Shown here piece after piece: positions 1 to 12,279 of a stretch of DNA of 64,000 bases. Numbering within the stretch: the first letter of the stretch is position 1; the number at the start of each line of letters is the position of its first letter. The notes under the pieces were generated by a model. It made no database searches. It was given only the letters and a program-made list of their open reading frames with translations, and was not told the DNA's origin. Origin of the DNA: Camelus dromedarius (lineage: Eukaryota); contig NC_087436.1 in the NCBI RefSeq assembly GCF_036321535.1, positions 93,374,001-93,438,000 on the forward strand, written 5' to 3'. Position numbers and translations under genes: made by a program.

Positions 1-707
1 AGCGAAACATGCCAACAGGGCCGAGTACCCGGCACCAGGGAGCCCGACCCGCCGCCTCTGGGAAGGAGTGGCGGCTGCCAATGGCTGGGCAACATCTATG
101 CGGATGGCGCGCTCACAGGTGGGTCTTACAGGCTCCCCGGCCCTCTGCGCTGTGCAGCCTCACACCTGACCCGGTGCCAGAAATACAGCCAGAGGCTCCA
201 GTAGGTATGCGCTTCCGCGGAGACGCGGACAACTCGGCTCCTGAACGGCGGGAGGTAGGGGCCAAGAGGCGGAAGGTAGAACCGGGAGCAGGACCCCCGG
301 AATGCGGCGTCGGCAAGGACTCTGGGGTCTCGCTCCTCCTGCGCCTTTGCGGCACTTCTGCTCGCACTGCGCTTCCCTTGGCAGCGCCTGGAAGCAGCAG
401 GAGCTGAGATTTGCGCGGCTGGCAGGCAGGAGGGATGGAGGCGCAAGGGGACCGCTTCCTGCCCGCCACACGCACAGCTAAACCGCAGTGTTCCCCCCAC
501 CCCCATACTTCGCGCCCACCCTCGCCCGAGACGCCAGCGCCAAAGCGTTGGGGGGTCGCAGCTTGCTCGAGGCCCTGGCGGTGGACCCGGAGCAGCTGGC
601 AAAAGAAAGTGGGGGGAGGCGAGGCTGGACCTGTCGTCCGTGTGCGGGGAGGGCTCGGTGGCTCTGGACGCCCCTGCAAGGCCGTCCGCCAGCCGCGGGC
701 ACCTTAC

Positions 708-803
708 CTCGATCCACTTCTGCGCCTCGGAGAAGGCAGGCTCGGGGGGCGGCTCGGGCTGCAGGGGCTGCAGAGCTTCCAGACCGACAGCGGGACAAGC
801 CAT
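708..803 (-). CDS. LIMCH1: LIMCH1 (LIM and calponin homology domains 1) first coding exon; gene continues beyond the left edge
   Basis: ATG at 803-801 gives [32 protein letters not shown], followed by a GTAAG donor (707-703). This matches the LIMCH1 N-terminus and start of the CH domain, and the gene lies downstream of and co-oriented with UCHL1 as in other mammals. Confidence 0.95.
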
Positions 804-1113
804 TTGCGAAGCCCCGCGTCCACTCGAGCGCTGGGCCGCCGGGATGAGGACGGCCGCCGCCGCCGCCGCAGGAGCGCGCTCTCCGCCCCTTCCCGCCCGC
901 CCGCTCTCCCCTCCCCTGCCGCCCCTCCCCCGCGCGGCACAGGTCCCGGAGGAGAGCCGCCGCGCTGCCGCCGAGGACACCGCCGCAGCTGTTCCCAGTG
1001 CCGCCCGGCTCGGCCGCGCCAAGAGTCCCCGCGGGAGCGAGCGCCGAGGCGCCGGGAGCTCCCTCTCCCCCCACCTTCTCTGCCTGCTCCGCCCCCACCC
1101 CTGGCGGGGGTGT

Positions 1114-1123
1114 CTAAAAATAA
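1114..1123. promoter_or_regulatory. MEF2 consensus site (CTAAAAATAA) in LIMCH1 proximal promoter
   Basis: Exact match to YTA(A/T)4TAR; an isolated AT-rich patch inside the GC island, next to GC and CACCC boxes. Confidence 0.55.
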
Positions 1124-1577
1124 CAGAGAGTGAGCACTGGGTGTCTCCCTCCCTGCCCAGGACGCCACCGCGAGAGGGACGAAGCGAGCCGCCCCTCACG
1201 TCCCCGCTCCCGGTTGGCTGCGGAGGGGCGAGCGGGTGCGGCCGCACTCGGGAGACGCGCGCTGAGTCGTGTGCAAGCGTCCCCGGGGGGAGCCTGCGCT
1301 GCCGCACCCGGGCAGTGGCCGCCAGCACCTGCCGCCCTCCCTCCCGGCCTCGGAAGTAGGGGCAGGAGGGGCAGCCCTCTGACCCGGCGCCACGGATGTT
1401 CAGTCAGTCACCTGATCTTTCTGTAATAAAAAAGATAAACGACCCTTATGAACCTTTTTCTCTCCAGGCGAGCTACCTGTGTCCCAGTCTGTTGATTGAT
1501 TTAACTCATCCTCATTGTGCACCTACTGTGCGTCAGGTACTGAGGTAGGCGCTGGGGGCCCAGAGCTGGAGAGGGCG

Positions 1578-1662
1578 GGGAAGAAGGAAGGAAGGAATGA
1601 AGGAAGGGAGGAAGAGAGGAGAAAAGAAAAGAAAAGAGAGAGGAAGAGGAAGGAGGGAAGAA
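1578..1662. repeat. GA-rich purine simple repeat
   Basis: GGAA/GAAA-type runs. Confidence 0.85.
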
Positions 1663-2594
1663 CTGAAAGTCCTAGCCCTCAAAATAATTACATTCTAGAG
1701 GGAATGGAGTAAAACAAAAGAAGGTAATTGTGGTGAGTGATTTATGTTAAGATAAAAAAGGAGAAGATAAACTGTGACCTGGGAAGAGTGTATTGAATAA
1801 CTTCCCATTGCCTCTCTCCCTTCATCTCGGAGGCTGACCTGTGAGTCCAGGCTCCATTAATGGGAGGGACGCAGGAGGTCAGCAGGCTGGAGGAGAGGGA
1901 AGTGGGGATACTTATGCTACCTCTTGCTGCAAAAGGCTAGAGGATTGGCCACACCACCCCGCTGAAGCCTGCAACTCTGTCTGGGGCCTCTCCTTGGGTT
2001 CTCTGAAGGTTCCCGGTCTCCTCTTGTCCCGTCCCACTTCCCTAGGCCCAGTGGTGATAAAAGCTTCCCCAGCCAAGTCTGGTTTCTGGCCTAGCGACTT
2101 CTTGCTAATGATCTCTTAATAAAATCTTATCAGCCACCCCTATTTGAGCATGCCTTCTGTCTTGCATGAGATCCCAACTGATGATCAAGGAAGGTTTTTT
2201 CTGATAAGATGACGTGATGTGGTGACATGAATGAGAAAGATGTTAACCATGCAACAATCTGGAGGAACATTTCCAGATGGGTGCAAAGGCCGTGAGGTAG
2301 AAATAAGCTTGGGGTGGGGGGTCATGGAACCCACAGAAGGCCAGCCTGACTGGAGTGTGCTGAGGAAAGAATCAGGAATGACAGAGTGGGAGAGACAGAC
2401 CAGACTGGGGGTTGGGGGGCCAGACCACAGAGGACAGGGTAAGAAGTCCGTGGATGCCTCAGTAGCTAAGCCTCTCTTCCCTGTTCAGAGTCCAAGCTTA
2501 GCGTTTGTCCAGTTCTGCTGCTATAATAAGGGGGTGGAATAAAAGCAGGCCTGAAATTCCACTGTTACTGGCTTTGGAGTCAGACAGCCTTCAG

Positions 2595-2830
2595 TTTATT
2601 TACTTTTGAAACACTTACATGGCGCTTGAATTGTGCCAGGCACTGTTTTAAGTGCATTACAAATAATTGACTAACTCATTCCCTATTCCAGCCCTGTGAG
2701 ATAGACTGTTACCTTCCCTGCGGAAAAAAAAAAAACAGGGGACGGAGAGGGGTGTCACACAGCTGGTGAGCAGTGAGTCCTGAATCAAGCCCAGACAGCG
2801 TGGCGCCAGATCTCCTCTTAACCGCACACC
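2595..2830 (-). mobile_element. MIR SINE remnant
   Basis: MIR core-like text (tgtgccaggcactgttttaagtgc...gtcacacagctggtgagc...gaatcaagcccagacag). Confidence 0.65.
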
Positions 2831-3299
2831 AGGCTGCCTTAGCAGCCCCGGTCCAGAATCTGCCGCTGACAACGTGTGCCTCAGTTTCTTCATCTCAAAT
2901 GAGGTTGAAATGGCAACATTTCAGCAAATCATTTTGAGGAGCAAACAGAAGTTCTGAATGTGAAAGGATCGAAGCTGGTCCTAGCATACAATTAGTGCTC
3001 AGTACCAGCCGGCTGACTGACCCTTTCATCCTGCCTTCCAGAAAGGAGGGAAGGGAAAGGAAGTTATAAAGAAGGCAAGCAAAGGAAGAGGGCTAGTCAA
3101 ATATAGTCGGAAGATGACCTTGTCTCCATGAAGAAACATGGTAAAGTAAAATAATTCCTAAAGTAACTCTGGCACACTGACAAGAGATGCCACGTTGGGC
3201 AGATCCCGCTGCGTGGAGTAACCAGGAGGAGGGGAAGCCCGCTGACCCAACGACATATCTGAAGCCGTTTGAAAACAAGTACTAAGATTCAGTCCACCA

Positions 3300-3427
3300 G
3301 GGGAAGGGTATAACTCTGTGGTAGAGTGTGTGCTTAGTGTGCACGAGGTCCTGGGTTCAATCTCCAGTACCTCCATTCAAATAATAAATAAATAAATCTA
3401 ATTACCCCCAAAATCAAAATTTTTAAA
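3300..3427 (+). mobile_element. tRNA-Ala-derived camelid SINE (vic-1-like)
   Basis: A box (TAACTCTGTGG) and B box (GGTTCAATCT) in a tRNA-like head, AAAT-rich tail, and a near-perfect 16-bp TSD: aagattcagtccacca (3284-3299) / aagattaaatccacca (3428-3443). Confidence 0.85.
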
Positions 3428-3829
3428 AAGATTAAATCCACCATGTCTCTGAAGTATCTGCAATCAAAGTTTGCATTCAGACTGAAACATTTTTTTCTTT
3501 CAGTGAAAATACTTTTAAGTTTCATAATAACAAAGGAACATCTGCTTTTCCTGAATTCTACTACCAAGTTACCAAAGACCTAAAGATTTACAACTATAAT
3601 AGTTTAAACCTAGTGCCATTGTCAATAATATTTACGAGTCACTGTTAAGCACCCACTATGTTTAAGAGATTGTATTAGCATCAGAAGAATCCACAAAGGG
3701 ACACACAGATTTTTCTCTCTAGGAGCTAATAATTTTGTTACTGAAATGACATTTTCACTTCTGTATAGTCTAGTTTTCAAATATGAAAGTAATATGTGTC
3801 CATTGGAAAAATTTTGTAAAATATAATGA

Positions 3830-4088
3830 AGAAAAATCTGCACAAATGATAAATGCTAGAGATGGTATGGAAAAAAGGGAATCCTCCTACACTGTTGGTG
3901 GGAGTGTTATTTAATGCAGCCACTATAAAAAACAGTATGGAGATTCCTTTAAAAAGTAAAAATAGATTTACCATATGATCTAGCAATCCCACTCCTGGGC
4001 ATATATCCAGAGAAAACTCTAGTCACAAAGATACATGCACCCCAATATTCATAGCAGCACTATTTACAATAGCCAAAACATGGAAGCA
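3830..4088 (+). mobile_element. L1 ORF2 3' fragment, no 3'UTR or polyA
   Basis: acactgttggtggg...ccatatgatctagcaatcccactcctgggcatatatccag...atacatgcaccccaatattcatagcagcac. Confidence 0.85.
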
Positions 4089-4325
4089 TTCTGTGGGTTA
4101 ACATTTCACTTTCTTGAGGCTGTCCTTTGAAGCACAAATGTTTTTCATTTTGATGAACTCTAAGTATCTTTTTTTCTTTTGTTTGTTTTTTCAGTGCCAT
4201 ATCTAAGAAAGCATTGCCTAATCCAGTGTTGTGAAAATTTATGCCTGTGTTTTCTTCTAATAGTTTTATAATTGTCATTCTTACATTTAGATCCTTAATC
4301 CATTTTTAGTTGTTTTTTTTGTAAA
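4089..4325 (-). mobile_element. Older L1 ORF2 fragment, antisense
   Basis: Minus-strand translation IKLLEENTGINFHNTGLGNAFLDM resembles L1 ORF2. Confidence 0.8.
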
Positions 4326-4344
4326 AGCATGGGTTTTGAGGTCA

Positions 4345-4790
4345 AACTTAGTTTGACGGTCTGGGTCTTCTGAGAAGTAGACACTAAGATGGAATTAAAG
4401 GTGCAAGTTTTATTAGGGAGATGACTGCGAGAGAAAATGCTAGGAAAGCAGTCAGAGCACAATGCAAGTCTGACCTGAGTGAAGAGAGAGAAGGAAGGTC
4501 AAGTAGAATCATTGTCATAGGCTGCCTTTCAGCCCAAGGAAATTGCAGTGAGGCCAGGAGAAGGTCCGTGAACCAAAGTCAGGTGCCACAAGAGTCCTGG
4601 GTCTCCCAGAACAAGCCTGCCTTTGTGTCCCTGCCGTATTCCTGCCGTATTTAGTAACTGGTCGGGAGCAGCCCAGTGGGAAACGCTGTTCAATGCAAAC
4701 ATAGCAATGGACTTCAGAGCACAGCAACTAGGACCCGTGGTCAGTGCAGCTCCCTGGAGGGCATATTTCTTGGAGCCACATGTTACACAA
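4345..4790 (-). mobile_element. ERVL-type LTR remnant (LTR16/LTR33-like)
   Basis: gtctgggtcttctgagaagtagacactaagatgg...gtgcaagttttattaggga pattern typical of this LTR group. Confidence 0.55.
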
Positions 4791-5229
4791 GTGAAAATGT
4801 TATTTAACGTCTCTGAGTCTCAGTTTTCTTGAATCTCTTGCTTCCTTGCCTCGCACTTGGAAATCAGGGGTTAATAATAGCTTTGATGATATTACATATT
4901 AAAAAAAATAACCTATTAATATATAAAAAATAATAAATCAATTGGACAAAGACTAAATTTCATTGTGCATGATACTTTGAAGACTGGCAGTTGGTGGTAA
5001 ATAAACTTCTCACCCTCCAAGATCTGACTTAATGTCATCTTTTTGATGACATCCTTAGCAGCCATGTCAAAACTAGTCACCTCTTCTTCTGTGTTCCTAT
5101 AAGGTAGTGATTCTCAATGTAACAAAGTAGCTATGAGAATCTTTAGGAAGGGTTTTGAAAAATGGTCTGAATTCATCATTGCTTTTATTTTTAAAGCCAT
5201 TTAAAAATATGTGAATAATAATTTTAATT

Positions 5230-5524
5230 TCCCAGACTGTGACAGACTAAATAACTTTCCTGATACAAAACTCCTAGAAATGCCACACAAAATATAAAAA
5301 AATATTTTTTACATGAATAGCTGAGCTCAAAAGAAATTCCCCAGGGGGCAAAATGGAGAAAGAACATAAAACTAGAGCAGTGAGCTCGTAAATTGATCCT
5401 TGACTGCCCTGCAGAGAGACCCAGTGAACAGTGGCTGCTGAACTCAGAAACCTAGGGCTAGGGTTTTAGTCCTAGAAGTGAACACCCTGGGCCTGTTCCC
5501 TGTGAAGAATTGAAACTGAGCAGC

Positions 5525-5559
<35 letters not shown>

Positions 5560-6440
5560 GCAGGCATGCATATGTGCAATACTCCCACAGAGAAAGAATA
5601 GACCAGATTATTCCACCACAGGAGACAATAAGGAAGCTTCTTTGTCTTGACCTCATCTCTGGGTGGGAGGCAGCGGAACCTCCCTTGAGAATGTGTAAAC
5701 TAAAGCCTAATCCACTTTATGGACAACACACACATGATCTATGACCTCTCAAGTTTAGAAATTAATTTAGAATTTGGTCTAGGACCTCTTGGGTACCTAG
5801 AAGAAGCAAATGCAAAATCTGTTGGGAAGACATGCCCTCCATCCAAGACTCTCAGGACCTCCAAATACAAACTCTGCTGAAGATTAGCTTACAATTCAAA
5901 AGTACAAAATGCGTGCAAAAACCATGCCACCTAAACAAAATTTAAGAGACACAATAAAGAACTAAATTAGGTTCCCCAGAAATTCATTTAGTAGAGCTAT
6001 CAGATAAAGGTTATAAAATAAAATTTAAATGAATAAAGACATAGAATAATGAATCAAAACAGAATATAATAACAAGGTACAATAAAAAAGACAGTTATGA
6101 GAGAGCATAAAAAAACAACTAGAAAAATGTAGTCATAAATTTAAGACTCAAAGTAGAGGTTAAAATAGAGGTTAGACACAAGTGAAAAGAAAACTTGTGA
6201 ACTGGAAAATAGATCTTTGGAAATTATATGGATTGAAGCATAGGAAAATAGGAAAAAGTATTAAAGAGGGGTTAAGAGAATGTGAATATCCCATAAAACA
6301 ATTCCTAGAAATTACAGAAGGAGAGATGGAGAAAATGAGGAGAGGGGATATTTCAAAAGATGATGGCTAGAATTTTTTAGAATTAATGAACTATATGAAT
6401 CATTAGATTCAGAAAGTGTGATGAGTTCAGGACAAATTAT
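5230..6440 (+). mobile_element. Ancient L1/HAL1 5' and ORF1-like remnant
   Basis: A-rich strand bias; degenerate ORF1-like text (aggttagacacaagtgaaaagaaaacttgtgaactggaaaatagatct). Confidence 0.55.
5526..5556. repeat. (CA)n microsatellite
   Basis: About 15 CA units. Confidence 0.95.
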
Positions 6441-7366
6441 TGTATTTATTTTAAAAAGACATTTAATAATGATGAAAAACATTGAGATAGCTGCTTCTTT
6501 ATATCTCTACATATCTTTACACATATAATACTGTAATGTGGTTAGATGTATAGTAGGAATCAATTCTTTTCTTTGAGACTGGCACTGTGATGGCTTAGCT
6601 CAAGTAAGTGCTGAATGGATGAATGAATGACAATGGATAAATGTAATCTAGAACAAAATAGTTTGAACCAATCTAGAGTGAAGATCAAATACACTTCTAA
6701 CATATTCCTTTTTAATTTTTTTAATTTTTCAATTGTATTTGGTTCATAAAATTTTAAGGATATTTCATAAGAGAAATGAAAGTAAAAATTATACCGAGAT
6801 AGTACTTCTGAACTATTGACTTTGAACTATTGGTACTGAGTAACTCTCTAAAATCTGAAGAGTCATGTCATTCTTCAAGTCTTAAAAATTTTTCATTTTT
6901 TTCAAAGTTTCCTCCCTTCCGTTTCCTTTCTTCTAGGACTTCTATTTGTTGGAGTTGTTCCTCCTGGTGGTCCTCTATTCTCAGCTTCTCTCTCATATTT
7001 TCCATCTCTTTGTCTTTCTACTCAATGTTCTGGGTGACTTCTTTAACCATTTTTTTAGTCTTCCTATTGAATTTTTTATTTTAGTAACTATAATTTTATC
7101 ACTAAGAGTTTGCTTGTATTCTCTGAGTGTTGCTTCTCCTTAGCAAAATGTTTTTGTGGCTATATTAACATCTTAAATATGAATATATTAGAAATTAATT
7201 TTTTTCTTTTGGGGTGATGGAAATGTTTTGCATCTTCATGAGTGGTGGTTATACAGTTGTATAAATAAGTAAAAAGTCAATGACCTATGCATTTAAGATT
7301 TGTGTGTTTTATTCTCTGTACATTTTACCTTTTAAAAAATGACTGTTGTTATAGGAGAAATGAGAA

Positions 7367-9417
7367 CAAGGGTAGATCGGGGTTTTACTGGGCCTGAAGC
7401 TTTTACCGATTACAAATACAAAATTAGGTTTGAAAGTGAATATTTATTTTTAGAATGATAAAAGAAATAAAACAAATTACAAATTTTAGGAAGATGTCAA
7501 ATACCACAACCATTACCCAATCCAGAAAATAATGAAATTATTTTTGTTTATTGCCTGACACATCTGTGTAATGCTTTTCCCCTAATTTTTTGTGGGGATG
7601 GTGCATCCTCTTTGGTTACCTCTTCATATAATATTTTGTATAATTATTGCCTATACAGAGAAGAGAGAAAGAAATTATTCGGTCCTATCTTTTGCATGGT
7701 AAATTGACATTTGGTTTGGGTTTTTTCACTGAAATTTTCTTTTATTAGGCTTTATATACCCATGACAAAAAATAAAACAATAATCACAATATACATGGCA
7801 ATATAAAAAGGACAAAAGTAGTAAGTTAATATTTTTATAGTACTGTATTCTTTAACATGGGGAAAAAACACAGGAAAAAATTGTTTCCAATAAGTAAACT
7901 CCGTAAAGTTGAGAGACTGATTTGCACAAAGGGCAACAGCATTGAAGTAATTCAAGTTCTGTTTCTTCATTCTTACAATCACTGTGCTGTCACCACTTAG
8001 TTAGAGGCTACTGCTTAAATGCAGGGTGTATATTATCACAGAGACACGTCCGTGTCTGACACAAACTGAAATGATTCTGAACTATTACGCACTTACTCTT
8101 AAAAAGGCACGTATAGCTGCGTCACTGTGCATCTGAGGTTAACTGAAACTGGCGGTTTATCAAATGTAACTCCTATGTGGAATATACTGCTCATTAAAGG
8201 ATGAGTAATTTTTAAATGGACTAATTTAAACCCTATGCATATATTGTGTTATAAAAACTAAACAGTAACAGTAGCAATTGTTTTGAACTTAGACCAACAG
8301 AAGATCTTGCTGGGAGAGGGTTTTCTTTTCTTTAATCACTCACAATGTTAAGAGTTGCTGGCACATGGCAATGCTGAACTCTGGATTTTTGATGATGGTT
8401 CAGAAAGCTTCTTGCAACTGCATGGTTCCATTTTGATAACATGATAGAAATTTTTAAGATTGTTATCAAATTTAAGAAAGCCTCTATCACGTTTTTCATA
8501 TAAGATTTCAAGTTTTTCAAGTTTCCTGTAGTCCTCTGCTACTGTAGGAGTAACTCATCTTAAACGCTCTTCCAATCGACAGTTCTCCTTAACCATTTTG
8601 CCATCCACATTCCTGTGGTGGTTATGTATTGAGTTTTATGCTACCTTGGTTATCAGTATTTTGTGTTAATTCAGCTGGAAATTTAACCATAGGAATTCTG
8701 ATAAATTCTGTATCACACAATTTCTGTTAAAAATGTACAGTGTGTTTATAATTGTAGACACTGCATTAGCAAGACTTTCTGATAGGTGAGATCTTCCAAT
8801 TTGCCTAGAATTCACTGAGAACCAAATTTTCCATCTATAATTGTACAAGTCTGATGATGGAAAGAATCTTCCACAGACTAGCTCCTGGCTCCACTTCCAT
8901 CTTGTTTCTCCCAGATACCCACATCCCAGGGTGCCAGGTACCACAGGACATGGTCATCTCTCAACCCCGTCTCTGTCCCAGCACCTCTGTGTCATGATGC
9001 TGAGTGAATTGCCATAGTGGGCAGTAGAAATATTACTAGAAGTCGTTCCTACACCACGACAACGGCCAGTAACACACCCATACACAGAACTGTGACCTAC
9101 GTAAACATATCCCACTAAACCCATATTTAATGTATCCCTAGTGCAACTACTTCTAACCCAGACCCCCAAAATACCTGCAGCCATTTCATCCACTCAACAG
9201 GAGGGCAATGGTGATGGAGGGGAAGTCTGCATGAGAAGAGACAGCAGTGTCAACCATCGCAGTTAAAATTATCTTTTATAAATGTTACAAAAATTTTACA
9301 AAAATATATGGTCATGTGAACATTTTGAAGGCTCGCCCCAGGGTCTTGGAAGAGGCTGTTCTGAGGGCAGGGACACAAAGCTTGAACTTCCTTAGCTTCC
9401 TGGTTAATCCACCTCTG
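7367..9417 (-). mobile_element. hAT-Tip100 DNA transposon fossil (Zaphod/MER115-like) with transposase remnant
   Basis: Imperfect TIRs: CAAGGGTAGATC at the left end, CAGAGGTGGATT as reverse complement of the right end. Minus-strand peptide at 8332-8520 (VIEAFLNLITILKISIML...ARSF) resembles the hAT C-terminal dimerisation motif. Confidence 0.7.
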
Positions 9418-10372
9418 GCTGTGAAACAGACACAGGTGAGATGAACTCTCTTCAGTCATTAATTCCAAAAAGCAGAGTACTCTTCAGAATTGCTTATTCC
9501 TCACATGTTAATTGAGTGCCTGAAAGTTCAGACAAAATACATGTTAATGATCTATTTTATTCCTAAAAGAAAACAACACTGACAGAAAAATCACATTTAT
9601 TTGAATGTCTATGCTTTACAGGAAATGAAGATTGAAACAATGATTTCTGCTTGTCATGGGCTCACTTAGTTAAAAAATATTTTTTTGTGATGGAGACCAC
9701 TAAAGCTTATTAATGATTTTCAGATTTCAGCAATTAGATGCTTACACATTCTTTCTCGTATCTGATATTTACAGACACTCTAACCTATTTAAGCATGTAC
9801 CTGAGGATCATTTATTATCCTGTTATTAACTAAAGTTGAAACCCTTCAGGGGAGAATAGCAAACATCTATGCAGAGAGTGGTAGCATAGTGCAGCCGTTT
9901 CTAGAACTATGCTGAGGGGGAGCCTGTTTCCTATTCAGTTCAAATGCCAGGCAGTATGGCTGCTTCCTCTGTTCCCATGGAAACCTCAGCCTCGCTGAAG
10001 TTCAAGTTAATTTCTTACCGCCATCTGCCTGTTGAGCTACAGGGCTTTCCCTAGCTCATCTCATGCAGAGGCCTGTTAGGAGAATGCAGTTTACTTAGGA
10101 ACTTGCCAGGCTGTTCCAACAGGAGGTCAAGATGGGAAACAGATCCAGCTGAAGCTCAGTGCAGAATTAGCTGAAGGATAGGAGGAGTTAAAATATACTG
10201 GGTGAGGTTTTTTTAAAAAATTAACATATGTTGAATAAAAATTGACTAAATGGGATATTAAAAATAATTCCCATTCCACTGGACAAATTTGTCTTGATGG
10301 TTTATCATCCCTTACAGCTCTGAACTTGCCACATTTCTCTCTGCGTCTTGAAAATGTTAATGATATCACAAA

Positions 10373-10740
10373 TCAAAGGTCACAAGTTGGTGACCTGTGA
10401 ATCAGCTCTGACCTGCAGACACGATTTTTTGGCCTGCATAGTGTTTTAGAACAATGCTTGAATTGGTTGCCAACTTCTAGAAATTAGGAAACTCCATGAG
10501 AGGTTAAAAAAAAAAAAACCCTCTAGATTTCCAACTTCTCTTAACAACTTGGGAGACGTGGCCAGCTCTGCATTCCGGCGGCATTGTCAAAGCTGGAGCT
10601 GGGTAGCCGCTGCCCCCTGGGAGGGGCGTGGCTCTCCCCTTTGCCACAATCCCCGTCACTCCTTACCTACAAATTTGCCTGCTTCATTCATTAGTAGTAG
10701 CTGCCTGGCCTCTACGGCACTTGCATTCACAGTTCCTGCC
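10373..10740 (+). mobile_element. hAT-Charlie MITE (MER102-like)
   Basis: aattggttgccaac...tagatttccaacttctctt...gctggagctgggtagccgctgcccc matches my recollection of MER102. Confidence 0.7.
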
Positions 10741-11039
10741 TTTAATTCATGTCGTGCCCACTTCCTAAAGATAATACGTAAACTCGAAAACCCAATCACG
10801 TACCAGCTCACAGAATACAGTATTTTTATCAGCCTAACACATAGGGTAGCAAATAATCAATCCTTTTCCACTAGTCAATCAGTGATATTAATCCCTTTTG
10901 TTGGCTTCTCTAGCATTACTTTTCTAGCATTAGCATAAATTACTTGATTTAAATAATTTGCAATGCTGTCCATCAAGTATCAGCAAAGGAGAAGACAGTA
11001 AGCATGTCGGCCTTTCTGTTCCCTACCTAAGAATGGTTA

Positions 11040-11265
11040 TTAGTAATAATCAGCTATGTTTGTTATTTGCTTACTAAGTGTCAGGCACTGTATTTTATAG
11101 CAATTCCCTGTCAAGTTGCTATAATGCTTCTCATTTTACAGATGGAAGAACTGAGGTTCAGGACGATCAATGACTTGCCCAAAGTCATATAGCTGGAAAA
11201 TCACAAATTCCAGCTTCACCCAATTCTCTCTGATTCTACAGCCTGCGGCTTAAACCACTACAGCT
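11040..11265 (-). mobile_element. MIR SINE remnant
   Basis: cattttacagatggaagaactgaggttc...tgacttgcccaaagtcatatagctgg. Confidence 0.75.
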
Positions 11266-12279
11266 TATTTATCCTCATTTTAGGTAAGTGTTTAAACTAT
11301 TTCTGTATTTCTAAATCTGTTTTAGAATATGATCAGAATGAAAAAGCCTATGACACAGTCCTTTCCTTCAAGGAATATAGAATTTCAACAAGAAAGGTAA
11401 TTGTTTTAGGTGGTTTTATTGCCTACACTGCCCACAAACAAACAGATATGCAATTACAGAGAGCATAATATACGTTATCTTAGAGGGGAATAGGAAGATC
11501 AATACATAGAATTGAAACAGGGGTTAGCCTGAAGAAAAAGGATGCGCGAAGACATTTGGAAGAGGTGTATACAAGAGAGTATGGTGCTTCGGGAAAACTG
11601 AAAGTAGCTGGCATAAGCAAAGACCAGGAAGAGGCATTTCACAAAAGGACTATTGGCCGATTGGTAGCATAATACTCTGAAGTATTAGCAGATGCTTTTA
11701 AATTGATATTTACATTCTCCCTTCACCCTTCCCTGCATTTCAACAGCTCAGTGTTTCATACTGACGGCCTCAAGGAAGTAGTGGTGTGCCTAGGCAGAGG
11801 GAGCCTCTGCCAGCCTCCCAACCCCTCTCAAGTGCCAGCCTGTCACAGGGCAGCAGAACGATGCTATGCCCCATCCAAAGGGAGCCTCAGAAATGGCAAA
11901 GCGGGCTCTCAGAACTGAAAGCTCCTCCTCATCAGGAATAAGGGGCATCTTGACATCTCTTGTTCTCTATTCTGAAGGGACCAATGACCAAAGACCAAGT
12001 GGATAGACAGCCATCTCATTCCAGTAGACACTAGTGTGGGAAAAGTGGCCTCGTCAGTCAATTGGATCCCCCAAAACACACACCAATACTCACATCCAGC
12101 GCCTTCACACCTAGTCCCCTGGAACTTAGTTGTGATCCTAGGAAAAATACTTGGGGCTGAGATTAAGTTCCCATTGCCCCAGTGGAATGAGGACTTAAAG
12201 GCTGAGAAAATAGGCTGAGTACAGAAAAATAAGCAGTGCCTTTTACACTGAGTGGTGGAACAAGTGTCATGGCGTCTTA

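Larger units (their letters stand above)
1..1400. promoter_or_regulatory. LIMCH1: CpG island spanning LIMCH1 promoter, 5'UTR, exon 1 and the start of intron 1
   Basis: Very high GC and CpG density, GC boxes, (GCC)n run at about 852-868; abrupt change to AT-rich sequence after about 1400. Confidence 0.9.

Noticed and set aside
126..1328. 400-aa minus-strand ORF and the many overlapping ORFs in the LIMCH1 CpG island
   Set aside because: Only 708-803 matches LIMCH1 and it ends at a strong GTAAG donor. The rest is stop-poor because of extreme GC content. A non-AUG N-terminal extension cannot be excluded but has no support here.
3300..3375. Possible tRNA-Ala gene (also 24387-24460)
   Set aside because: Stems are mutated, and each copy has a SINE tail (clear TSD for the first); these are SINEs, not tRNA genes.
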